This document shows positions 37,471-47,541 of a DNA stretch of 64,000 nt, one piece after another (position 1 is the stretch's first letter; each line of letters begins with the position of its first letter). Below the pieces are notes generated by a model. That model did not search any database, was not told the DNA's origin, and saw only the letters and a program-made list of their open reading frames with translations. The position numbers and the translations under genes are program-made. The DNA comes from an uncultured bacterium (GTDB lineage Bacteria > UBP4 > UBA4092). Where the stretch lies: the NCBI GenBank assembly GCA_964644695.1, contig CAZXWN010000001.1:182869-246868 (forward strand), given 5' to 3'.

Positions 37471-39003
37471 TTAAACTTGTATCGTGGAACTTATCTCCGC
37501 GAGACTGACCTCTCCTTTACGAGCCTTATTTAACGCATCTTCCATCATGGTGGTCATACCATTTCTTACAGCATATTCCTTGATTGCTACACTGGAGGCT
37601 CTTTCATCAATTAGCTTTCTAATTGTATCGTCAATTAATAATAACTCGAAGACTCCAGTACGTCCGATGAATCCTGTGAAGTCACAACGTTTGCACCCTT
37701 CACCTTTATAGAACAAACCTTTATCGGAAAGTGGGATGCCAAGTTCTTTTAGAAGGGATTCATCAGGAAATTCCTGTACACGACAATGAGGACAGTTCAT
37801 TCGAACAAGTCTTTGTGCGAGAACGGCTAATACGGCAGCGGAGATTAAGTACGGCTCCATCCCAATTTCCATTAATCGGGTCACGGCTCTCACTGCATCA
37901 TTGGTGTGTAATGTTGAGAAAATTAAGTGCCCGGTAAGGGCGGAGCGAATCGCAATTTCTGCTGTTTCTAAATCACGAATTTCACCTACCATGATAACAT
38001 CCGGGTCTTGTCTCAGAATGGATCGCAACCCACTGGCAAAGGTGACATCTGCCTTTGTATTAATGGGTATCTGATTGATATTATCCAATTGATATTCAAC
38101 CGGGTCTTCAATCGTTGTGATATTGCATTTTTTTGCGTCAATTAAAGATAACGCTGCATAAAGAGTCGTGGTCTTACCACTTCCCGTAGGACCTGTCGAT
38201 AAAATCATTCCTTGTGGATATGAGATAACACGTCTGAATTGTTTCAGATTTGCTTCATTCATACCTAGATTATCAATATTTAAAAGAGCCGATGTTCTGT
38301 CCAAGATACGAAGCGCTATTTTTTCACCATGAATGGTTGGGGTCGTACTGACTCGAATATCCGTCTTGTGTCCTTTATAAAACACCTGCATTCGACCATC
38401 CAAGGGTCTTCGATGCTCAGCAACATCTAAATCGGACATAGCCTTTACACAGGGGATGATGGATTCCTGCATGTCGTCTGGAGGTGTTAATTGTTCTTGA
38501 AGGACTCCGTCAAGGCGGAACCTGATTCTGATGGTTTTCTGGTCTGGCTCAAGATGTATATCGGTGGCGCCTTTCTCCATTGCTGAAGCAATAATAAATT
38601 TGACTGCTCGAATGGCAGACCACTTTTCAGGGGAGTCGGGTATATGTTGATATCTTGCGTCTTCTTTGTCTGTAATCCGAACATCGGCTTCATTGAAGTT
38701 AGATAAAGCCAGCATGAAGGGATTTTTATCATTTGAATCCGTCAATTTATATTTACAGTAAGGACATAAAGAACTTTTTATTTTGGGTAAGGGTTTACCA
38801 CAGTTCGGGCAACCTTCTGGTTGACGGTTTCTTTGCCATAGATAAATACCGAAACCAATGGGTCCTGTTAAAAAGGTCAATGTAACCCAAAATTCGCGAC
38901 TGGAGAGCTGCCGAATGACGATGTCACGATCTACCCAACCAATTAATCGAATCCAACCATACACGAGTGCGATAAGTGCAATGGATATAATTGCTATTTG
39001 CAT
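37471..39003 (-). CDS. GspE/PilB-family secretion ATPase with N-terminal TM helices and zinc ribbon
   Basis: ATDIHLEP, GPTGSGKTTT, TIEDPVE, LRQDPD, GEIRD, TGHL.FSTLH, CPHC...CKRC; N-terminal two TMs plus CPNC...CPYC. Confidence 0.92.
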   Translation of the reverse strand: MQIAIISIALIALVYGWIRLIGWVDRDIVIRQLSSREFWVTLTFLTGPIGFGIYLWQRNRQPEGCPNCGKPLPKIKSSLCPYCKYKLTDSNDKNPFMLALSNFNEADVRITDKEDARYQHIPDSPEKWSAIRAVKFIIASAMEKGATDIHLEPDQKTIRIRFRLDGVLQEQLTPPDDMQESIIPCVKAMSDLDVAEHRRPLDGRMQVFYKGHKTDIRVSTTPTIHGEKIALRILDRTSALLNIDNLGMNEANLKQFRRVISYPQGMILSTGPTGSGKTTTLYAALSLIDAKKCNITTIEDPVEYQLDNINQIPINTKADVTFASGLRSILRQDPDVIMVGEIRDLETAEIAIRSALTGHLIFSTLHTNDAVRAVTRLMEIGMEPYLISAAVLAVLAQRLVRMNCPHCRVQEFPDESLLKELGIPLSDKGLFYKGEGCKRCDFTGFIGRTGVFELLLIDDTIRKLIDERASSVAIKEYAVRNGMTTMMEDALNKARKGEVSLAEISSTIQV

Positions 39004-39256
39004 TTCTCATTCCTTTATCATTTAAGGAATTACGACATTTTGAATTATATTACAGTTTTTACAGTTTGCGAACACAATGTCAATTCAATCCCTTATCATT
39101 TTAGATGATTTTTTTTATAATCTGTACGATTCACGGAGCTGTTCGGAGCACCTCCGTAGATTATTCGTTGTTTCTGTGCCGGCTTATCATTAATAAAAAC
39201 ACATAAAAACTTATTTAACATTCATGATATCAGTTGTTTACATATTTTTATACATT

Positions 39257-39309
39257 ATGTATTACCTCCAGGATAATACATTGACGAAAGACAGCATTAC
39301 CGTTAAGAT
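39257..39309 (+). promoter_or_regulatory. Sigma70 promoter of the amidase gene with an upstream inverted repeat
   Basis: TTGACG (39281-39286)-N17-TAAGAT (39304-39309); ATGTATTA-N9-TAATACAT at 39257-39281. Confidence 0.55.
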
Positions 39310-39342
39310 GAATCCGAAAACCATTTGATGACAGGATGACAC

Positions 39343-40932
39343 ATGAAGAAGACCTCCTTTTTTGTATCATTAACGTTTATATTAGTAATAATCTTGTTAA
39401 ATGGATGCGCTACTACAAAAGTAGACAAAGCCAATAGCCAAAAACCAACAAAAATTATGACTACAGAAAAAAATAATTTTCCAATACCCCCCTATGCTAA
39501 ATATTTGAAGGACAAAAAAATCTGTTTAGATCCTGGACATGGTGGAGATGGTCACATCCCGGGATACAAAGCGGGACCTACCGGAGTTCGCGAAGCAGAA
39601 GTCAATTTGCGGGTTGCGTTACAGTTGAAATCCTGGTTGGAAGAATGTGGTGCAAAGGTATATATGACACGGACTACCGACATCGCCGTGAGCCTGAATC
39701 AGCGGACAGAGTATGCTAATTCTTGTGGTGCGGACTATTTTCTGTCCATGCATCACAATGCGATAAGCAATCCTTCAACAAACTTTACCAGTACCTGGTA
39801 TCATGCTGAGGTCGATTATTCGCATTTATGCCTTGATATGGCTCGATATATCCAAGATGGGGTGGCTGATGCTTTAGGATTAGAACAACGAGCCATGGTT
39901 CCATTGAAAAGTGATTATTATGTTTATCCAGATGCTGGATTTGCTGTTTTAAGAAATACCCGGATCCCGGCCGTATTGTGTGAAGCTTCCTTCCATTCTA
40001 ATCCTGAGGAAGAACAACGGATAAATAATCCTGAATATAATAAACGTGAGGCGTATGGATATTTTATTGGTTTGGCCAAATTCTTCTATTCTGGAGTGCC
40101 TCGATATGAGGTTTTATCTCCTTCAAAATCGATTAAAAACCGAACCCCGGAGATCACTGTCAAAATTAATGATGGGTTGAATAGCAGGCTTATTTTGGAA
40201 GACTCCTTAAAACTAAAGCTGGATGGTGAGGATATCCCTTATCTCTATGACCGTTCATCAGGAACAGTAAATTCATTAATCACTAAACCCTTACAGAATA
40301 ATTATCATTCTATTGAAGTTTTATATATGAATTTGAATAAAACGAGTGCATATCCTGACAAGTTTGTTTTCCAAGTTGTTCCTGAAGTCCATACTATTTC
40401 GATGGATGTAAGTCCCTTTGTTTTACCCAATGATGGGCAAGCTATTGCTGGAATTAAACTCACAGTAAAAGATGATGAGAATAATCCTGTTGCTGATGGC
40501 ACTCCCATTGAATTAGCGAGCCAGCAGATGAGATTTTCATCTTCGACCGTATATACATTAAATGGAGAAGCCTTAGCTTATGTAATTGCTTCGCAGGACA
40601 CAGGAGTTTTTACGATAACCGCTCATAACCAGCAAGCTTCCTGTGTGGCTCAAATCAGAGTCGCAACTTCAACTAAGGGGTATCTGACAGGGTCCGTTTT
40701 TGATCAAAAAACCGGTTTGCCTGTGGTCGGCGCCAAAGTCGTTCCACTTTATCTTGTGGAAAATCCCGGAGTAGAGACCTTCAGTGATGGTATTTTCATT
40801 ATGGGTGGTTTGGATGCCAAGAAGCAACTCATACAAATTCAGGCAGATGGGTATGAAACACTTAACTATGAAGCTGATTTATTGCCTAATCAAAGCCAAA
40901 ATTTGCGATTTGAGTTAATTCGGAAACAATGA
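39343..40932 (+). CDS. N-acetylmuramoyl-L-alanine amidase (Amidase_3) lipoprotein with C-terminal Ig-like domains
   Basis: Lipobox LLNGC; CLDPGHGG, EAEVNL, SMHHNA, VLCE; C-terminal Big_1-like and carboxypeptidase-regulatory-like segments. Confidence 0.88.
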   Translation: MKKTSFFVSLTFILVIILLNGCATTKVDKANSQKPTKIMTTEKNNFPIPPYAKYLKDKKICLDPGHGGDGHIPGYKAGPTGVREAEVNLRVALQLKSWLEECGAKVYMTRTTDIAVSLNQRTEYANSCGADYFLSMHHNAISNPSTNFTSTWYHAEVDYSHLCLDMARYIQDGVADALGLEQRAMVPLKSDYYVYPDAGFAVLRNTRIPAVLCEASFHSNPEEEQRINNPEYNKREAYGYFIGLAKFFYSGVPRYEVLSPSKSIKNRTPEITVKINDGLNSRLILEDSLKLKLDGEDIPYLYDRSSGTVNSLITKPLQNNYHSIEVLYMNLNKTSAYPDKFVFQVVPEVHTISMDVSPFVLPNDGQAIAGIKLTVKDDENNPVADGTPIELASQQMRFSSSTVYTLNGEALAYVIASQDTGVFTITAHNQQASCVAQIRVATSTKGYLTGSVFDQKTGLPVVGAKVVPLYLVENPGVETFSDGIFIMGGLDAKKQLIQIQADGYETLNYEADLLPNQSQNLRFELIRKQ

Positions 40933-41039
40933 TTTAGATTTTCGATACTTGATTAAGGGTTCTATCCGCTATAATATAAACTAGTTTTAAGTTTTTAAAT
41001 ACAGCATTGTCAGGTATTAATGGAAGGAGATTTTTCCGT

Positions 41040-42233
41040 ATGAAACGCTTTCGTTTTATAACGGTTATTTTAACCTTGTTAGTTTTGGGATTGGTGATGT
41101 CCCTGTCTTTTGCTTTGCCAATCAAAATCAAGAATCGTAATGAGATCGATATCAAGTTAATTGAAGCCGATAGTAATAATGTCAAAATCGAACGAAATGG
41201 AGTGATTTTGACTGTTCCAAGAGCCCAGTTTGAATCACCCGTTTCTGTTTGGACAGATTTAACTCAGAAATCTCTTTATGCGGGTGATACAGAAAAAGCC
41301 TATGGATATGCCCAACAAATCTTGATCTGGGACCCCTTGAATGTCCAGGCACAGTTTATTGTTGATAAAGTGGATGCTATTGTTGCCGAGCAGAAGCGTA
41401 TTGAGCAGGCCCGTCAAGAAGAGATTGAAGCTAAGGATCGTTATGCTGCGGTTCGAGAACAAGTCACTCGTGAAGTGAAGCGTAATCTCGAACTTCAGGC
41501 CATGACCCCTGAAAAAATTCTTGCAAAAGTAAAAGAAACATATCAGGCCATGACTACATATACCATCAAACTGAAAAGTGTGGTGGATATCAAGGCGAAT
41601 GGTGTTTCTCAGACAATGGAAATTCCTACCTCAATTACAGGTATGAAGCCTGACCTTATGAAAATTGATATTCAGATTCCTTATATGGATTCACAAATAT
41701 ACATACAATCAACTTCGGCTTTAGTGTATATGCCAAAAGCTAAACAATATATTCGCTTAGCAGAAAGTGAATTAAGATCTATTCTTCCCAACAATAATAT
41801 GTCGGGTGGGATTGAAAATGTCTTTAACGGCTTAAATCAATATGAAGCTCTCGCTGGTTTGGCTTCAAAAGCAAAGGTCTTGCGTCGTGAAAGCATTGAT
41901 TTTGACGGGAAATCTGTTGAATGTTTTGTCATTCAAATAGATGCTCCAGCGCTTCCTCAGGGAACAGCTGCTGAAATTGGACAAATGTATTATTGGGTAG
42001 GCGTGGAATCTTCCTTAGTTTTAAAACAGGAAATGTCTATGAGTGTTAAAAACAGCAGTGGGGAAATTCCTGTAAAACAAAGCATCTTAACTGAGAGCAT
42101 TGAATCTAATATCCCAATGGAAAAATCAGCCTTTGAGTTTACTCCTCCAGCTGATGCTAAACAGCTGGATATAGCGAAAATGCTTCAAGGTTTGATGCAA
42201 ATGAATGTTGGTGGCGCCAAAACAGCAAAATAA
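41040..42233 (+). CDS. Secreted protein with LolA-like C-terminal domain
   Basis: Signal peptide (MKRFRF...SLSFA), coiled coil, PEKILAKV...KPD...FEFTPPADAK LolA-like pattern. Confidence 0.65.
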   Translation: MKRFRFITVILTLLVLGLVMSLSFALPIKIKNRNEIDIKLIEADSNNVKIERNGVILTVPRAQFESPVSVWTDLTQKSLYAGDTEKAYGYAQQILIWDPLNVQAQFIVDKVDAIVAEQKRIEQARQEEIEAKDRYAAVREQVTREVKRNLELQAMTPEKILAKVKETYQAMTTYTIKLKSVVDIKANGVSQTMEIPTSITGMKPDLMKIDIQIPYMDSQIYIQSTSALVYMPKAKQYIRLAESELRSILPNNNMSGGIENVFNGLNQYEALAGLASKAKVLRRESIDFDGKSVECFVIQIDAPALPQGTAAEIGQMYYWVGVESSLVLKQEMSMSVKNSSGEIPVKQSILTESIESNIPMEKSAFEFTPPADAKQLDIAKMLQGLMQMNVGGAKTAK

Positions 42234-42246
42234 GATATGAATTATC

Positions 42247-42280
42247 AGGCGCTGGGAAGAATTCTTTCCAGCGCCTTTTT
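42247..42280 (+). terminator. Intrinsic terminator
   Basis: AGGCGCTGGGAAGA / TCTTTCCAGCGCCT stem + T-tract. Confidence 0.85.
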
Positions 42281-42321
42281 CATTAAAATATTTATTTTGA
42301 AAGAAAATGGAGTAAAGAATA

Positions 42322-42960
42322 GTGATTGACTTTACAGGTATTTCGCAGGCATTGATCAGTGGTAATTCGAAAAAAGTTAAAGAAATGACAGAGGCTGCTC
42401 TTCAGGCTGGAGCAGATCCAAGAGAACTGCTTGATAAGGCTTTTATTTCGGGTATGGCCGTTGTGGGTGAGAGATTTAAAAGTGGTGAGTGTTTTGTTCC
42501 CGAAGTGTTGATTGCTGCGAAGGCGATGCATGCGGGAATGGGATTAGTAAAACCATTACTCGTTCAATCCGGCGCAAAGAATTCAGGGAAAATTGTAATT
42601 GGTACCGTTCGTGGTGATATGCACGATATTGGGAAAAACCTGGTCACAATGATGCTGGAAGGAGCCGGTTTTGAGGTTGTTGATTTAGGTGTGGATGTTC
42701 CACCAGCCAAGTTTGTGGAAAAAGTACAGGAAGTCAAACCTGACATTGTCGCCTTATCTGCCTTATTAACAACTACAATGTTGGCAATGAAAGATGTTAT
42801 AAAAGCCCTTAATGATGCAGGTGTCCGTTCTGATGTGAAAGTTATGATTGGTGGAGCGCCTGTTACGGATAAATATGCACAGCAAATTGGTGCTGATGGA
42901 TACTCAAGTGATGCACCCGGTGCTGTCGAAATAGCCCAAAACCTTATTTCTAAAAACTAA
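42322..42960 (+). CDS. Corrinoid (B12-binding) methyl-carrier protein, MtbC/MttC-like
   Basis: Cap domain (FVPEVL); GDMHDIGKNLV DxHxxG; SALLTTTM; IGGAP. Confidence 0.93.
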   Translation: MIDFTGISQALISGNSKKVKEMTEAALQAGADPRELLDKAFISGMAVVGERFKSGECFVPEVLIAAKAMHAGMGLVKPLLVQSGAKNSGKIVIGTVRGDMHDIGKNLVTMMLEGAGFEVVDLGVDVPPAKFVEKVQEVKPDIVALSALLTTTMLAMKDVIKALNDAGVRSDVKVMIGGAPVTDKYAQQIGADGYSSDAPGAVEIAQNLISKN

Positions 42961-42972
42961 GATGAGAGCGCA

Positions 42973-43866
42973 ATGAAACTCACGACTTTTTTCCTCAAGA
43001 AAGAAAAACATATTGGTCTTTTAATTAATGACTATGTTGTTGATTTTGACCTTGCTGCTAAACGGATGAGAATACCCTCATTTCCCAGAGATATGAAAGA
43101 GTTATTGGAAATGGGGTCTGTTGCAATGAATAATGCAAGAGTTATTCATGAAAAAGCGGTTGAATTACTATCTCAAGGGAAACAGTCAAATTACTTATTT
43201 CCAGTGAAATCCGTTAAATTATGGGCTCCTGTTGATAAGCCAGAGAAGATTATTTGCATTGGTCAAAATTACATTGATCATTGCAGGGAACAAGGAGTTG
43301 AACCTCCTGAACGCCCCATCGTTTTTGCCAAGTTTTGGAATACTCTGAATGGCCCTTCTGAGCCTGTTTTATTACCAGGTGTTTCAGACAAAATTGATTA
43401 TGAAGCTGAATTAGCTTTTGTTATTGGTAAGAGAGGACGAAATATATCTATTGATCAAGCGATGAAATATGTTGCAGGATATATGGTCTTAAATGATATA
43501 ACTGCTAGAGATATCCAAAAGTCGGATGGGCAATGGGTTCGAGGAAAATCATGTGATACTTTTGCTCCCTGTGGTCCGGCTTTGGTTACGAAAGATGAGA
43601 TAAAGGATCCCCATCTTTTAAAAATATCTCTTAAACTCAATGGAAAAGTGATGCAGGAGTCATCCACATCCAATCTCATATTCAAGATTCCCTTCCTGAT
43701 CGAATACCTGTCCAAAAGTATGACTTTACAGCCAGGAGATATTATCAGTACTGGAACCCCTCCAGGAGTTGGCTTTGCCAGAAAACCTCCAGTTTTTCTT
43801 AAAGCTGGTGACGTTGTCGAAACTTTTATTGAGAATATCGGCTGTTTAAAAAACAAAATTAAATAA
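42973..43866 (+). CDS. Fumarylacetoacetate hydrolase family protein
   Basis: CIGQNY.DH, DYEAEL, NDITARDIQ, GKSCDTF, GDIISTGTPPGVG. Confidence 0.93.
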   Translation: MKLTTFFLKKEKHIGLLINDYVVDFDLAAKRMRIPSFPRDMKELLEMGSVAMNNARVIHEKAVELLSQGKQSNYLFPVKSVKLWAPVDKPEKIICIGQNYIDHCREQGVEPPERPIVFAKFWNTLNGPSEPVLLPGVSDKIDYEAELAFVIGKRGRNISIDQAMKYVAGYMVLNDITARDIQKSDGQWVRGKSCDTFAPCGPALVTKDEIKDPHLLKISLKLNGKVMQESSTSNLIFKIPFLIEYLSKSMTLQPGDIISTGTPPGVGFARKPPVFLKAGDVVETFIENIGCLKNKIK

Positions 43867-43875
43867 ATTATTATT

Positions 43876-45717
43876 ATGAACTCCAAAGATGATGGTGGTT
43901 CTCACAAAGAAACTAACAGTACTCACGAACAAAAATCACCTGCAGTATGGCTAATTAGTTTTGTTAAGCCTTATGTTGGACGTGTTGTATTTGCGATTTT
44001 ACTTACCTTATTGATTACTGTTCTGAACCTTATTCAACCCAAACTTTTGCAGGTATTTTTAGATGATGTTGTTGGGAAAAATAAATGGCAGTGGATGTGG
44101 TGGATTAGTTCCGGGTTATTTGTTATTTACTTTACCCACGGAGTGATTTCGTATTTTAATACTCAATCCATTGCCCGCATTGGGCAAAGTGTTATTTTTG
44201 ACTTACGGTTTCAGTTATACCGCAAGCTCCAACAACTTTCTCTCAGTTTCTATGACAAGATGAGTACGGGAGCTATTGTTTCCCGTATGATGGATGATGT
44301 CATTTTGGTTCAGCAATTATTGACGGGTGCAACTATTAATTTGGTGACTGATTTTCTGACTCTAATATTTGTTGTAATTATTTTGTTCAAAATGAATTGG
44401 GTAATGACACTTATGGTTTTTGCAATTCTTCCTCTCTATGGGCTGAATTTTCGTTTCTTCAAATCCAGGATACGTCAGGCACACAGAAATATTCGTGAAA
44501 AAATGGATTTGATAATGGGAGACTTGGAAGAAACCATTTCTGGGGCAATGGTCGTAAAGTCGTTTTCAAAAGAGAAACACGAATCTATTGAATTTGTGAC
44601 CAGTAATCGTGAAGCGTTGAATATGAATATGAAAGCTGCTTTTCTGGGCATGTCATTCTCCAGTATCGGTGGATTAATTAGTGGAGTGGGTGCTGCTGTA
44701 ACTTTATGTTATGGAGCATGGGAAGTAATACATGGTCGTCTTACTGTTGGAGAACTGACTGCATTCACTGCATGGGCTGGCTATCTTTATGGGCCTACCG
44801 CCAGATTAACTGAAGTAATAAATACTTTTCAACAGGCGGCCACCTCATTAAATCGAATACATGAGATATTTATGACTATGCCTGATGTAAAAGAAATAGA
44901 TAATGCAATTGTTCCAACTAACATTAAGGGACATGTGGTTTTTGATAATGTGAGTTTTGGTTATAATCCGGAACAAAAAGTCGTAAGTGAAATATCTCTA
45001 AACATAGAACCAGGAACAATTGTGGCTTTAGTTGGCCACACCGGATGTGGAAAAACGACATTAACCAGTTTGTTACTTAGATTCTATGATGTTACCTCTG
45101 GGAAAATTACTATTGATCAATATGATTTAAGAACACTCAAACTAACGGCTCTGCGTGATCGGGTGGGTGTTGTTCTTCAGGACCCCGTTTTGTTTAATGA
45201 ATCTATTAAAGAAAATATCCGATATGGTGAAAATCATGCAACAGACGAACAGGTTATAAAGGCGGCTAAGATTGCTGAAATCCATGATTTCATAATGACT
45301 TTAAAAGATGGCTATGACACCCGCATGGGAGAAGGTGGTATCAAATTATCTGTCGGTGAAAAACAACGGTTGTCTATTGCCAGGGCAGTTGTTGGAGATC
45401 CTGCCATTCTGATAATGGACGAAGCAACTTCATCTTTAGACTCAGAATCAGAAGCTTTAATTCAAAAAGCGCTGAATAATGTGATGAAAAATAAAACCTG
45501 TTTTATTATTGCCCATCGTCTCTCAACCATAGTTCGTGCTGATTTAATTGTGGTAATGGATAAAGGACGAATAATTGAAACTGGCAAACACAAAGATCTT
45601 GTTGAAAAACAGGATGGATTTTATGCACGATTATATCAACAGCAATTTACTGTTCCATTAAAGCCTTTCCAGAAAGTAAATCAAGAAATAACTGCTGAAG
45701 AGACACCTTCACCATGA
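43876..45717 (+). CDS. ABC exporter half-transporter (TMD+NBD), heterodimer subunit 1
   Basis: Six TMs, GHTGCGKTT, degenerate signature LSVGEKQR, DEATS. Confidence 0.93.
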   Translation: MNSKDDGGSHKETNSTHEQKSPAVWLISFVKPYVGRVVFAILLTLLITVLNLIQPKLLQVFLDDVVGKNKWQWMWWISSGLFVIYFTHGVISYFNTQSIARIGQSVIFDLRFQLYRKLQQLSLSFYDKMSTGAIVSRMMDDVILVQQLLTGATINLVTDFLTLIFVVIILFKMNWVMTLMVFAILPLYGLNFRFFKSRIRQAHRNIREKMDLIMGDLEETISGAMVVKSFSKEKHESIEFVTSNREALNMNMKAAFLGMSFSSIGGLISGVGAAVTLCYGAWEVIHGRLTVGELTAFTAWAGYLYGPTARLTEVINTFQQAATSLNRIHEIFMTMPDVKEIDNAIVPTNIKGHVVFDNVSFGYNPEQKVVSEISLNIEPGTIVALVGHTGCGKTTLTSLLLRFYDVTSGKITIDQYDLRTLKLTALRDRVGVVLQDPVLFNESIKENIRYGENHATDEQVIKAAKIAEIHDFIMTLKDGYDTRMGEGGIKLSVGEKQRLSIARAVVGDPAILIMDEATSSLDSESEALIQKALNNVMKNKTCFIIAHRLSTIVRADLIVVMDKGRIIETGKHKDLVEKQDGFYARLYQQQFTVPLKPFQKVNQEITAEETPSP

Positions 45718-47459
45718 AGAATTTTCGTCGCTTAATAGTTGAGTTTATTCGTCCTTATTGGCCCAGAGTTTTGTACGCGTCATTATTTATGTCCCTTTTG
45801 ACAATTTCCTGGGTTCCGATAATGTTATTGACTAAGATGTTATTCGATGAGGTCATTCCACAAAAAGATGGAAAACTTCTAATCATTATTTTGTTGGGAT
45901 TTCTTTGTATTTATTTGTTCCGAAGCATGGTTACCTTTGCTCTCCAATATACTGTTTCCTTCCTGGGACAAAGAGTCGTCTATCACTTAAGGAGAAAATT
46001 GCACGACAAATTGGGACAATTACAGTTGAGTTATTATGATCAGCGACTTACAGGGAAAATTATGGCCCGTGTCATGAATGATGTATCAGCTGTTCAGAAT
46101 TTGGTGACTGGTGGATTCATCACAATGTTTACTGATGCGATTATGGTTTTTGCTGTTATTGGTGTCCAATTCTATCTAAGTTGGCAATTAACATTAGCAT
46201 CAATAATTGTTCTACCCATGTATGCCGTAAACTATAGTTTCTTTGTTAAGCAAATTCGGGAAGTAAATAAGAAAATTAGGGAAAAAATATCTGAGATGTA
46301 TGGGTTGTTAGCAGAAAGAGTATCTGCTGTTAGGCTGGTAAGATCCTTTGCCAAGGAAGAATATGAAATTAATCGATTTCGTGAAAAAGTGAATGATAAT
46401 TATCAGTTAAATATTAAAAATTCGAAATTAAACACATCCCTAGGGTCTGTGGCGGCCATTATAAGTGGATTAGGTACGGTTATATTTTTAAGTGTTGGCG
46501 GTTTAATGCTAAAAGAAAAACAAATGACTGTGGGGAGCTTTGTTGCTTTTCAATCATCCTTGATTTATTTGTATGGACCAATAGTTCGCTTAACCCAGGT
46601 GAATACAATTATCCAATGGGTTATGGTCAGTATTAATCGAATCTTTGAGGTTTTAGATGAACCGGTTTTAATCACTGACAGAGATAATGCAATAGATTTG
46701 GGGAAATTCATTGGACATATTGAATTTAACCATGTCGGTTTTAGGTATTCTTTATCTGAAAGTGATGTCCTAACAGCTATTGATCTAAATATTAGGCCAG
46801 GAACTGTTGTTGGAATTGTAGGTCCAAGTGGTAGTGGGAAAAGTACTTTTCTGAGTTTGATGGTCCGTTTGTATGATGTAGGCTCTGGATCTATCCGTAT
46901 TGATGGACATGACATTCAGGATGTGAGACTCTCAAGTTTACGTCGTCATATTGGTTATGTCCCACAAGAGAGTTTTTTATTTTCGGGTACAATTAGGTCG
47001 AATATTTTATACGGTCGGATGGATGCAACTGAAAAAGAAATGATTGATGCCTCAATTGCAGCAGAAATTCATGAGTATATATTTGCTTTACCTGATAAAT
47101 ATGATACGGTGATTGGAGAAAGAGGTATTACTCTCTCAGGTGGACAGAAACAGAGAATAGCTCTAGCGCGTGCTTTATTAACTAAGCCGGGTGTATTGCT
47201 TTTGGATGACTGTACAAGTTCTCTAGATGCAGAAACAGAATCTCGTATTCAAAAGACCCTCGAAAAGTTACTGGAAGGTCGGTCAAGCTTTATTGTGGCG
47301 CACCGGTTATCCTCTGTGATGCATGCAGATTTGATTATTGTCTTGGAAAATGGTCGCATGGCCCAAAAGGGTACTCATAATGATTTGGTGAATCAAGAAG
47401 GTTTTTATGCCCGATTATTTGAAGAACAATATAGTTCAATTTTGGAAAATACTCACTAA
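45714..47459 (+). CDS. ABC exporter half-transporter (TMD+NBD), heterodimer subunit 2
   Basis: GPSGSGKST, LSGGQKQR, degenerate Walker B LLLDD; ATGA overlap with subunit 1. Confidence 0.93.
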   Translation: MKNFRRLIVEFIRPYWPRVLYASLFMSLLTISWVPIMLLTKMLFDEVIPQKDGKLLIIILLGFLCIYLFRSMVTFALQYTVSFLGQRVVYHLRRKLHDKLGQLQLSYYDQRLTGKIMARVMNDVSAVQNLVTGGFITMFTDAIMVFAVIGVQFYLSWQLTLASIIVLPMYAVNYSFFVKQIREVNKKIREKISEMYGLLAERVSAVRLVRSFAKEEYEINRFREKVNDNYQLNIKNSKLNTSLGSVAAIISGLGTVIFLSVGGLMLKEKQMTVGSFVAFQSSLIYLYGPIVRLTQVNTIIQWVMVSINRIFEVLDEPVLITDRDNAIDLGKFIGHIEFNHVGFRYSLSESDVLTAIDLNIRPGTVVGIVGPSGSGKSTFLSLMVRLYDVGSGSIRIDGHDIQDVRLSSLRRHIGYVPQESFLFSGTIRSNILYGRMDATEKEMIDASIAAEIHEYIFALPDKYDTVIGERGITLSGGQKQRIALARALLTKPGVLLLDDCTSSLDAETESRIQKTLEKLLEGRSSFIVAHRLSSVMHADLIIVLENGRMAQKGTHNDLVNQEGFYARLFEEQYSSILENTH

Positions 47460-47541
47460 ACATAGACCTCCTTGGTTTTACCTTCCTTACAAGGTTATAA
47501 TTTTCATGAGTATGCTTATTACCTATACAGGAGAATTTGTT

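Noticed and set aside
37801-37820. TCGAACAAG partial match to the palindrome (also a weak ATCTCGTTCGA near 12437)
   Set aside because: The first lies inside the conserved AQRLVR codons of the ATPase; both are short half-matches expected by chance
43455-43886. Antisense and alternate-frame ORFs of 60-150 aa throughout the track (for example 43455-43886, 50600-51055, 14660-15046)
   Set aside because: They are shadows of well-supported genes on the other strand or frame and have no motifs of their own
43876-47459. Degenerate ABC motifs (LSVGE, Walker B DD) as signs of pseudogenisation
   Set aside because: This is the normal asymmetric pattern of heterodimeric ABC exporters
47407-47541. Upstream start for the GH-like gene
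   Set aside because: It overlaps the ABC gene end; a good RBS precedes ATG 47542
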